This document shows positions 34,101 through 44,800 of a stretch of DNA of 64,000 bases, piece after piece. The stretch lies in NCBI GenBank assembly GCA_043228905.1, contig JBHGNT010000013.1:14818001-14882000 (forward strand). Reading direction: 5' to 3'. Under the pieces are notes generated by a model, which worked only from the letters and a program-made list of their open reading frames with translations, was not told where the DNA came from and searched no databases. Position 1 is the first letter of the stretch; each line of letters begins with the position of its first letter. The stretch is from Azolla caroliniana (taxonomy: Eukaryota > Plantae > Polypodiophyta). The translations under genes and the position numbers were made by a program.

Positions 34101-37100
34101 ATGGAAGTCTACTTCCTCTATATAAGTATCAATAGAAATTTAGAGAGGGCTATCAAGGCGTGGGGCCGCGATAGTCCAGACACTCCGGGAAAACCCCACA
34201 AGTGTACGATAGCGAAGAAGACCTGTACTAAAAGTAGGAAATTTTGGTTCTCCGACAATGGAGGGTGTACAATAGTCGACGTCGTTGGCTGGAAGAAGAA
34301 AAGGGCGGAGGAGCGACTTCAGGCATGTCGTATCCTCGGCCCTGGGGTCTCTTTCGACAATACCTTGGGGGAGCTGCGAGAGGTAGATGGAGGAGTCCTT
34401 AAAGAGGACCGGACGGTCCCGGTATGTTTGGAAAGGATGTACGAAGTCATCGCAAACTTCAGTAGAGGGCTTGAGTCGGATCAGACAGCCCGGGTGGACA
34501 CGAGGTACAAGACTGTGGACCGGAAGGTGAGGCCAGTCGCGGCTCCCTTGTCGGAGGGCAGCGAGTTGCGAATAAAGGGGGTTGCGTCGGACCCGAGTTT
34601 ACGAAATCCGGCCCGCATAGGACACACGTTCACCGACATAACGCTACGGTTTCGGGGAATGCTCGGAAGGCACGGGAAGGCTTTCACATTCTCACCGGAG
34701 GAGATCGGGTGCGTGGACCTGACAATCGTAGAACCGATGGTAATATTCACGGTACCGCATGTGCCGTGGAGTCTCAAACCGATTCCAGTGCCCAGAGCTC
34801 ACATCCCGAAGCTGATGGAGATGTTAAAGCAGAAGGTCGAGATGGGCATCCTCGAACCATCGAGTGCTCCATACTCGAATTGGTGGTTTACCGTACCGAA
34901 GAAGGACGGCACGCTACGCTTTATTCAAGACTTGCAGCCGGTCAACAAGTTGACCATTCGAAACGCAGGAATTGGACCGACAATAGACGAGTTCGCGGAG
35001 GCCTTCGCCGGAAGGTCGATTTACTCGGTCAGTGATCTCTACTCGGGGTACGATCAGTTCCAGCTAGCCATAGAGAGCAGAGACATCACGACAATGCGAA
35101 CTCCTCTCGGCCTAGTACGGATGTGTACCGTACCGCAAGGAGGGACGAACTCGGTGGCTCACATGGTGAACGCAAAGAACAAGGTGCTGAGGGATTGTAT
35201 CCCGAACATCACCATGCCGTTTTTGGATGACGTCCCGATCAAGGGATGCCCGGTGGAGGAAAAGGACGAGACGATCGGACCGGACGGGTGCCGGAAATTC
35301 GTGGCGACGCACATCGATGACTGTGAGAAGGTGCTGCAGAGGTTAGAGGGCGCAAGGCTCACCTTCTCCGGGGGAAAATCAGCCTTCGGACAATCAGAGA
35401 TCATGGTCATTGGACACCTATGCGGTTCGTACGGCCGGAAACCGTCTCCGGCTAAGGTAGAAGCCATCTCCGCGATGAAGCACGACTGTAGGTCGGTCAC
35501 GGAGGTTCAGAGGTTCTTGGGATCATGCGCGTTCTACCACATATGGATCCCGCATTACGCCCACGTCGTGGAGCCGTTATACGGGTTGCTGAAAAAGGGG
35601 CGAAAATTCGAGTGGAGAGATGAGCATACGGAGTCTGTCCGAAAGATGAAGGAAGCACTTGCCGCAACTCCGGCGCTCCGGAAGGCTGTCTACGGAAAGG
35701 ACACTCCAATTTACGTAACGGTAGACACGAGTCCGACCGGGATCGGATGGGTCGTCAACCAAGAGGATGAGGACGGCATGCGTTTCCCGATCCGGTTCGG
35801 TGCGAAGGTCCTCAGCGAGCGACAACGAGGATACGCCCAGGTTAAACACGAGCTCTAGGGTATCGTTTCAGCGGTAAAGGCCGATAAAGACTACCTGATC
35901 GGGACAGAGGTAATTATCGAGATGGACTGCCTGCCAATTCTTGGCATCGTTTCCGGATGCGCAACGCCGGACCTGGCAATGCTCAGGTGGATAGCGTACA
36001 TCAAGTCCCTGAATCCGGAAGTACGACACATTTCCGGGAAAGACAATACCATGGTCGACATGCTTTCAAGGGCGAGGTTCGAAAACGAGGGCGGCATGGT
36101 TTCGGAGGACGAGGAAGTCGGCGTGGACTTCTTCGAGGTGGCCTACGTAACAACCGGCAGGGAATGCTCTCCAACGCTTAACGATTTCGACGAGAGCAAA
36201 TACAACGGGGAATGGCTACAGATTGGAGGGTTCCTGAAAACAATGACACCGGACACGGCATGGACAAAGGATGAGGCCAACCGGATCCGGAAGAAAGCGT
36301 ACCGATTCTTTCTCCGGGACGGGTACATATGGAAGCACCCGAAGAAGAGGAACGGCATCCCGCTCCGAGTGGTGGCGAAGAAGGAGGAACAGGAGGATTT
36401 GCTGGCGGCGTACCACGATAGTCCTTGGGCTGGACACCGTGGAACGTGGGCCACGTTCGAAAAGCTAAAGGGGAAGTACTGGTGGCCGGGACTATACCGG
36501 GACGTGCATCGGTTCATGACGACTTGTGAAAGCTGTCAGGTGCACTCCATGATTCGACACCGGGACGAGCTTCACCCGACCTACCCTCCGACCGTCCACT
36601 TCAAGTGGATTGAGGATTTGGTGACGATGCCAATGGGGGTAGGACAGATGCGGTATCTAGTGCTAGCTCGGGAGGATCTTGTTGGGATTACGGTCCCTCC
36701 GGATGGGATGGTCGGATGTCCGGGAATCGGGAATGAAGACCCGAATGAGGAGTACCCGGTATTGGAGCCGGATGATGAAGACCCGGTTCCGGATCCGGAT
36801 GATGAAGACCCCGGCTACGGAGCCGAATGACGAATGTACCCGGAGAGAGATCCGGATGCGGGGACATATTTGTGAATATGTTTTCCAAGAGCCCTTTGAG
36901 GCTATATTTGTAAATAGCCCGAAAGTCATATGTGTATAAATATGACTTAGGGCAAACTGTTTTGTGGTTGTTGGTTTTTTTTGTTGTTGCTGTATGTTGT
37001 TGCCTAGTGTGTATTGCCACTCTTATGCGTGTGCAAGAGTGAAGAGAGCAGCCGAGAGAGAGAAAGTGAGAGAGAGAGACGAAGAGGTCGTTGCCTCTGT

Positions 37101-38978
37101 GTATTACCGCCGCCTGTGGCGAAGACATTGAGCTCAAGGTTGTTGCCTTGTTGCTTCACCATTGTACATCTCTGTTTGTAGTGATAGTTGGAGTCTGAGG
37201 ACTCCCGTGGTTTTTCCCATTTAGGGTTTTCCACGTAAAACATCCTGTGTACTCTTCTCTCTATTGTCTTCGTGCATTGGTATTTCCCGTTTTCTGTGAG
37301 TTGATCCTATTCCTCGGTTGTGGCCGAGCACCGAGTTTGACAGATCTAACAAACCAGGTTGAAGGCCGAGCCCTGCAGAATAAGACGACTGCAGCCGTAT
37401 GCCGGTTTTTGATTGAGGACGTGGTATGTCGATACGGGTGCGTAGGGAAGATCGTGGCTGACCGTGGTGAGTTGGACGCAGAAGAGGCCGAAGAGCTATT
37501 CGACCGGCTAGGAGTCAAACTTTCGCTCACCACAACGTACAATCCGGAGGTGAGCGGGAAGGTGGAGCGCGGACACGGGCCAATTGTCAAAGCGCTAGTA
37601 CGGGCGTGTGGAGGCCAAGTCGGGAATTGGCCACGGCTGCTACCTTATGCCTTGTGGGCGGACCGGACTTCGCATAGTTCGGTAACCGGGTTCATGCCGG
37701 CTGAGCTTATGTTCGGATAGAAGCCGATCATGCCAACAGAGCGAACGATCTCCTCGTGGGCCACGGTTGACTGGAGGGATGAGATGAGCCGGGAGGAACT
37801 GTTGGCGGCTTGGATTCGACAGCTCGAGCGGAGGTCGGAGGACGTAGAGCGAGCCGCGGAGAAACTTCGGGTAGCGAGGATACGGAACAAAGCCCGGTTC
37901 GACCGAACACACCGGCTCCGGCCAAGGAAGATCGAGGAAGGCGACTGGGTGCTAGTCTACGACAGCAGCCTCGACAATCAGCACAGGGCCACGCGGAAGT
38001 TTGCGAGGAGGTGGTTCGGGCCTTACATAGTAACAGGCGCCAACGACAATGGGACGTACCATCTCGCGGAGCTCGACGGTACGAGAATGGCGATACCGGT
38101 AGCGGGGAAGAGGATCAAAGCGTTCAAGAAACGACATGACGGTGAGCCAGAGCAAGGGGGCATGGACAGCAACGACGAGCAGCGCGAGGCGGAGGACGGA
38201 CCGGTAAACGTGGAATAAAAGCAAGGACCGGTTTTCTCCAGTAGGAACCCAATTTTTGCGCATACCGGTGGATGCGCGGTTAGGTGGGGGCGGATGTCGT
38301 GAAGAAAACCGTCCCCAGGCGCAAACCGTGTATAGTGTGTGTGAACCGGCCCTTACACGTGTATAGTGTGTATAGTAGATAGGTAGGCACAAAAGTCAAA
38401 TCCTAGGTAGCAATATTCTATAGGGGGAATCGAGGAGTATCTCTGTCCGAAAGGACAGAGAATTAATGTGATGTAAACGGGTGAAACGACCTCCCTCCTT
38501 GAGCTATAAAAGAGAGGGAGACGGGGAGAGATGGGGATCACGCGCTAGAGGGGACGAAGTGCTGTCGGACTGGGACCGAGCTCTTCTCCTCTGTCATTCT
38601 CCATAGCTTTCTTTGCGTAGGTTCTCGAGAGGCTGATTCTGCTCCGTGGAACGCCCGTGTGCTTCCGGTAGAATCTCCATCTTGCTCCCCTGTGTGCGTG
38701 GGTGATCAGGCGTCGGCACCCGTCTTGCCGACCTGATCGGCTGTAACCGTTCGAGTCATCTGCATACATATATTTATATACGCGTTCTTATACTCTATCT
38801 CCTGCCCAACTTGTGTCTCTTGTGTTGTTGGGCTGCGTTCCCACGCGCTTCTTTGTCTATCCGTGTGTGAGCGTGTGTGTGTCTCTCTCTCCTTTCGCTT
38901 CCTCACCTCACCTATTCCTCGGTCCAAGACCCCAGTGGTCCTGCCTTGTTCTCCACCTACGCGCGTAGCAACGTGACA
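34101..38978 (+). mobile_element. Non-chromovirus (Phygy-like) Gypsy 3' half: pol relic + 3' LTR 38295-38978; autonomous-type member of the Trp-primed family
   Basis: RT PFLDD, RNase H VDTSP, integrase GHRG..CESCQ..GKVERGH, WFGPY; LTR termini and pre-PPT motif shared with elements A and B; right flank ACGT. Confidence 0.88.
36680..37342 (+). mobile_element. Solo LTR, same family as 26713 and 29202
   Basis: TSD GATCT; splits integrase AREDL|TNQVEGRAL. Confidence 0.93.
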
Positions 38979-40675
38979 ACGTCGGAATGGACTACGTCGA
39001 GTAGACCTTTGCTCACGTTCCGCTCTTTCGGGAATGGGTGTCGGTGTTGCTTGCCGAATTGGCACGCTTCGCATACACCTTCAATCTCCTTTTCTTTGAA
39101 TGTCGGGAGTCTGATGACGACTCCTTTCGATTTCATTGCTTTGAGTTTGTTGAGATTGATGTGGCCAATTCTCTTGTGCCATAGCTCTATGTTGGAGTCG
39201 GCTTTCGTGTTTTTCGCGAACATGGCGGATTTCATCTCGCGTGAATCGAGAATGAACATCCGGCCCTCTCTTCGTCTGCGTGCGATGAGTCGACCCTCTT
39301 TTTCTATGAAGCAACCGCCTTGATTAAATCGAACTTGCATCCCTTGCTCTACAATTTGGCCAACGGAGACCAAATTCTTCGTAATGGTCGTTACATGAAA
39401 GACATTTTTAATGTAATTTTGCTTAGTACCTCCTTTTCCGAACGGAACATTGCCAATGTGCCAAATCGGGTGCGTAGTGTCGTCTCCGATTTCAACATAG
39501 CCGGGTCGGTCCGGCTCTCGAAGTTCTCGGAACCATTCTTGATGCGATGTCATATGGTTCGAGGCACCGGAATCGACGAACCATACGTCTTCCGGACCGG
39601 AGGCACTAGTTGAGGTAGCGGCCGACATAGAGTTTGCTCTATGTTTCATCATGAACATTCCGTCACGGTCGGAGTTGTGCGCATACATTCCGCCACGATC
39701 TTCATAGTCAGAGTTGTGCCTGTACATTTCGCCACGGTCGGAGTTGTGTGCATACATTCCGCCACGATCTTTGTAGTTGGAGTTGTGTGCGTAATTCGTG
39801 AGTTATCGGCTTGTGGAAGTCGATTCACGCATCTTCTTTCGACACTCTTCTTTGTGGTGGCCGAGCTTTCCGCAATATTTGCATTCGGTTGCGTTTTGAT
39901 GGCTCAGGCCGGAGTGGAAGCTCCCCCTTCTTGCGAAGGTTCCTCGTTGGCCTCCGTTTTGCGGCCGAAATTGGGAGTTGTTGTCGTAGGTCGGACCTCG
40001 TCCGCCTTGTCCTTGGCCGAATCGGCCTCTTGCTCGTCCGCGTCCTCTTCCTCCATTAGAGTGCGTGTAGAGCATGTGGCCTTCGGACTCATTGCTCCTT
40101 GTACGCACGTGGTTTTCTTTGACCAATAGTATTGATTGGAGCTCGAAGAAGGAGGGAGATTTCTCCCGTGCTAGAACGGCGGTTCGCATCACGCCGAACG
40201 GTGGTGCGAGGCCGCCAAGGCATATTTGCACCATCTCATCATCATCTATACTTACGCTTATTGAGCTGAGCGAGTTGCAAAGCTCCTTGATCTTCAAGGT
40301 GTATGTCGTGATGGACATGTCCTTTTGTTGTATGTTGTTCAACTCTTGGTGGAGTTGAAGCTTCCTCGTGGTCGTGTTGGCGGCGGAAATCTTTTGTAGA
40401 TTTTCCCACGCTTCCTTCGGCGTCTTGGCTTCTCGAATGTAACCGAGCATGTGGTCGTGACCACATGTTGCCAAACAATACATCACATGGCTTGCGGCTT
40501 GCTCCCATGTCGCGTATCCGGGAGTCGCTTCGGCGGGTCGGTCTTCATGCGCTCCTTTGATGTAGCTCCAATAGCCTTGTCCGACAAGGTATTGGTGCAT
40601 CTTGTACTCCCATGATGCGAAGTTGTTTCGATCCAACTTCTCAATAGGGAGAGCGCTCCCCATTTGAGTATTCAT
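38979..40675 (-). pseudogene. Copia gag, zinc knuckle, protease and integrase N-terminus
   Basis: EKLDRNNFASW, CKYCGKLGH, WFVDSGASNHM, WHKRIGH..CEAC; premature stop at 39803. Confidence 0.92.
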
Positions 40676-41225
40676 TATGTCGATTGTCGATTCTTCTTCT
40701 TCTCTCTTCGAATGCGAGCTATGTAGCGAAGCTACGATAGCTATGAGCCGGTTTTGGTCGTCGGCGTAGATCACAACACACGATCACGATGAGGCGAATG
40801 GGATAGATCGAGCTACCAAATCGCTCTGATACCATGTAAAGAATCAAGAGATGGATTCTTGTGAAGCGGAAGAGATGTGAGTTATGTGTGTGAGTGAGAG
40901 AGAGAGAGTGTGTGAAACACATTGAATACGCACGGTAAAAGTATATTGACAAAGGAGAAAGACTCAACATTATACAAGGTGGGAGGAGGGTGCTTTATAT
41001 AGTCACCCTCTCTCTTCATTAACTACAAGACTCATGGAGCATGGGGAATGTGAAAGCTCATAAGTTATGTGTCATAGAATATGATTCTATGACTCATACT
41101 AAATGCTAGAATACAAAGAAGAGATATAATGGTGACTCTTGACCGTTGGAGTGTCTGTTCACTCTCAAGGTGAGTTCACACACTAGACCAAATTGAGCTT
41201 GATTCTCAACAACATATATATATAC

Positions 41226-41299
41226 ACAAGGAGTGCAATTGTGGATTTGAACCTTGCACCTCCAAGTTGAGAGTCTATAGGCTTACCACTAAGCCAAGA
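41226..41299 (-). promoter_or_regulatory. tRNA-like A/B-box cassette antisense in LTR
   Basis: TGGCTTAGTGGTAAGCC (paired D-arm)...GGAGGTGCAAGGTTCAAATCC. Confidence 0.7.
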
Positions 41300-41877
41300 C
41301 ATTTTCTTGAAATAATATTTTTATCATTGTAACTTTACATGTAAATTCTCATACATGAGAGCTAAAAGGAGTGACGTGGTTATCATGCACCACATGTAAT
41401 ACATGAGCACCAAATGGCAAACATGCATTTTATGCATGTCTTGAACCCTCAAATGCATGAGGGCATCTATAAAAGAGGGGATGAAAAAGATGAAAGGGGG
41501 ATTTTGGAATGTAAAATTCTTATCAAAGAAGCTTTGTACTTTATATCAAAATTAATATTAAGAAGAAAAATCGTTATCCAATTGATGTATTAATCTTGTT
41601 CTTCAAATCTAAAGTCAAGAATTCAATCTTAATCTCTCTCTCAATCTAAATCAAGCGTTCTATCTTATCTCAATCTCTCTCTCTCTCTTTCAATCTATCT
41701 TAAATACTTTCTCGCTAAAGCTTGTGTGAACTTCGAATCCTTCCGGTCCAGAACCCCGGCGGTTCCGCCTCACGATCTCCACATAGTGACGGATCTTCAC
41801 GACAACACGCTAAATTATCTAGGATAATTTTAACTGGCTCTGACTCTTTATGATATTTCCGAAAGCAATGGGACGAC

Positions 41878-44800
41878 TGTTACACTTGCGTGTTCCTCTA
41901 GTAGCTTTGATGTGAACCATTTTCCCTATACATGGGCACTTTTTACTCTAGTGCTGGCTAGAGGTTTTTTCCCCATGTTACCACATACATGAGTCACTCA
42001 TATGTGGTGGTACTTTGTACTTAGGGATATATATTTCAGCTCCTATTTTTTTTAGGAACATTCATCAATAGAGAGCTATTCCAGCCATTGCCTTCCTTGT
42101 GTGAGTGCTTCTTTCTTTGAGCTTCTTGTGTGTTTCCCACTCTTCCTCACATACCCAACAGTGGTATCAAAGCCAAGTTCTTCATCCTCTCCATCTTCGG
42201 TTGTCCGCATCGCAGTGTCGCGGCGCGCGTGCACTTTTCATTGTGCAAATCAACTTCCGAATATAGAGAAGTGTATTTCAGCACTTGGAGCGCATTTTCA
42301 GCAGGTACCCTGCTGTTTTACCCCCATTTCGAAGCCGTTCGTGTAGTCGAAATCGTCATCCGAGTGATAGTTTGTGAGCTGCATTTTCAGCACTCATTTC
42401 CGATTTGTTGAGGTAATATTTTACCACTTTCTTGTTCTTTGGTAAAATGGCAAACAATGGTGATTTGTTTGGCATGCTTCAAGCTGAAGATAAGCTTGAT
42501 GGGACAAACTATCCAATGTGGTCCTACATGATGAAACACGTTCTTGTTGCCAAACAACTATGGAACATAGTGGTAGATGTAGATCGACGCCCCGCCGGTC
42601 CTACTACTTCACAGTCTACTATCACAGATACAGGTTCATCTTCGAGCACAGTGACTTCATCTACTCCACCAACACAAGAGCAACTTAGATGGGATGGAAA
42701 AGATGCTCAAGCTCATGCATTGATTGCACTTTCTGTGAAGCGTCATATAGTTCCACATATTCGGTCATGCTCTACGTCCAAACAAGCATGGGACACTCTT
42801 GCTTCGTTGTATGCCGTGCGTAACGAAGCACGTGTTGCATATTTGAGAAAGCAACTTGAGGATGTATATATGGCTGAAAATGAGTCGGTAGATGTGTATG
42901 TGACACGCATTAAAGATTTGAAAGAGCAATTGGCAAACATTGATGAGATCATTTCGAATACATCACTTGTCTCTACGTTGTTGAAAGGATTACCCGAATC
43001 TTTTCAAAGCTTTGCTACTACTATTCGTTTGGTTGCAAAAGGGAATACGTATATGTACGCATTTGATGAGGTTGTGTCTCTTCTTTTGCAAGAAGAACAA
43101 TCTAGAGTGAATAGAAGTGGTTTGATAGAGGGAACACAAGCACTTGCTATCTCACAAAAAGGAAAAGGCAAGCATGGTTCAGCTTTTGGTTCTTCAAAAC
43201 CAAAGCCTCAACCTCCCTCTTTCACTTATTCCTCTAATGATGGTGATTTGCAAAAGAAGAAAAGATGCAAATATTGTCGAAAGGTTGGCCATACGATTGA
43301 AGAATGTAGAAAGCTTGTTAAGCGCAATGAGAAGAAGAAGGAATCCGGCATGACCATTTCTGAAAATGTTTCAAGTGCAAAGAGTGATGAGGCCAACATG
43401 GCTCAAGATTATTGGGCATGTGTTGTTACATATCATTATGATGCATCATTGCACTCTAAATGTATGGTTGTAAGTGAGATTGATTCGGATTGGTTCTTTG
43501 ATAGTGGTGCTTCAAAGCACATTACTTCATGCAAAAGTTTTTTTGCATCCTTGAAAGATGCACCCAAAGGTGGACATGTGGTGTGTGCAAACAATGCCTC
43601 TTATCCTATCATTGGAGTAGGAGAAATTGAGCTTTCGGCTGCAAATGGAGGTGTTGTCATCTTAAAGAATGTATTGTATGTGCCCGGTATCAAGAAGAAC
43701 TTAATTTCGGTTCCTTTGATTGCCAAAGCCGGACTTCATGTACATTTTGTTGATGATAAGTGCATGGTTCACGATTATAGCAATGGTGATGTTATCGTGA
43801 TGTCCGGTACATTATGCAATGGCTTGTACCGTTTAGATACATACAAGAGGGCTTCTCTAAATGCCTTGGCTGTACATACTTCTTCCATGGCTGAAATGGA
43901 GCTTTGGCATGCTCGTTTTGGTCACTTGAACTTCAATAGTTTGCTTCACTTGCAAAAGAAGGATATGGTTATTGGGTTGCCTACACTTGAGTTCATTGAA
44001 AAACATGCATGTGAAGGTTGCATTCTTGGAAAAATGCATCGTGCTTCTTTTCCAAAAGATAGTCATACACACACTACAAGAAAATTACAACTTGTTCATA
44101 GTGATGTGTGTGGTCCTGTAAAGACTCCATCTTTTGGAAAGCATGTATATTTTGTTACCTTCATTGATGATGCTACTCGTCATACATGGGTGTATCCTAT
44201 GAAAGCAAAGAATGAAGTCTTTTCTTGCTTCAAATCATTTTTAGCTATGGCTGAAAATTTTTCCGCAAATAAGCTCTTGACTCTACGCACGGATCGTGGT
44301 GGCGAATATATGTCACATGAGTTTAATGCTTTTCTTTGTGAAAGAGGTATTTTACATCAATGTACGGTGCCATATACACCTCAACAAAATGGTGTTGCAG
44401 AACGCAAAAATAGAACACTCTTAGAGATGGCACGATGTATGGTTAAAGGAAAGCATCTTCCTAACAAGTTTTGGATGGAAGCGGTTATGTGTGCAAATTA
44501 TGTGTTGAATCGTTGCCCTACAAAAGCGTTGAGAGTCATTACGCCATATGAGGCTTGGAATGGACATAAACCTATGGTTAGTCATATGCGTGTGTTCGGT
44601 TGTTTGGCATATGCTCTTGTGCCATCACAACAACGTCACAAACTTGATGACAAGGCAAAGAAATGCATATTTGTTGGTTATAGTGCGGAAAGTAAGGGAT
44701 ATCGTTTGTATCATCCATTGACGGACACAATTATTGTGAGTCGAGATGTGGTATTTGCTGAAAATTCAGCTTTCCCTTTTCTTGAATGCAAAAAACAACC

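Larger units (their letters stand above)
25971..41211 (-). mobile_element. Ty1/Copia element, disrupted by nested insertions and a deletion
   Basis: LTRs 25971-26354 and 40835-41211; TSD ACATA; PBS tRNA-iMet TGGTATCAGAGC; PPT GAGGGGG. Confidence 0.95.
25373..41804 (+). mobile_element. Solo LTR related to the Trp-primed family, split by a Copia (arms 25373-25970 and 41217-41804)
   Basis: Start TATTGTGAAGATTT (decayed TGTCGTGAAGATTT), end CTTCACGACA; TSD ACAC; removal restores host protease ..IILDNLACAVSFNII.. Confidence 0.8.
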
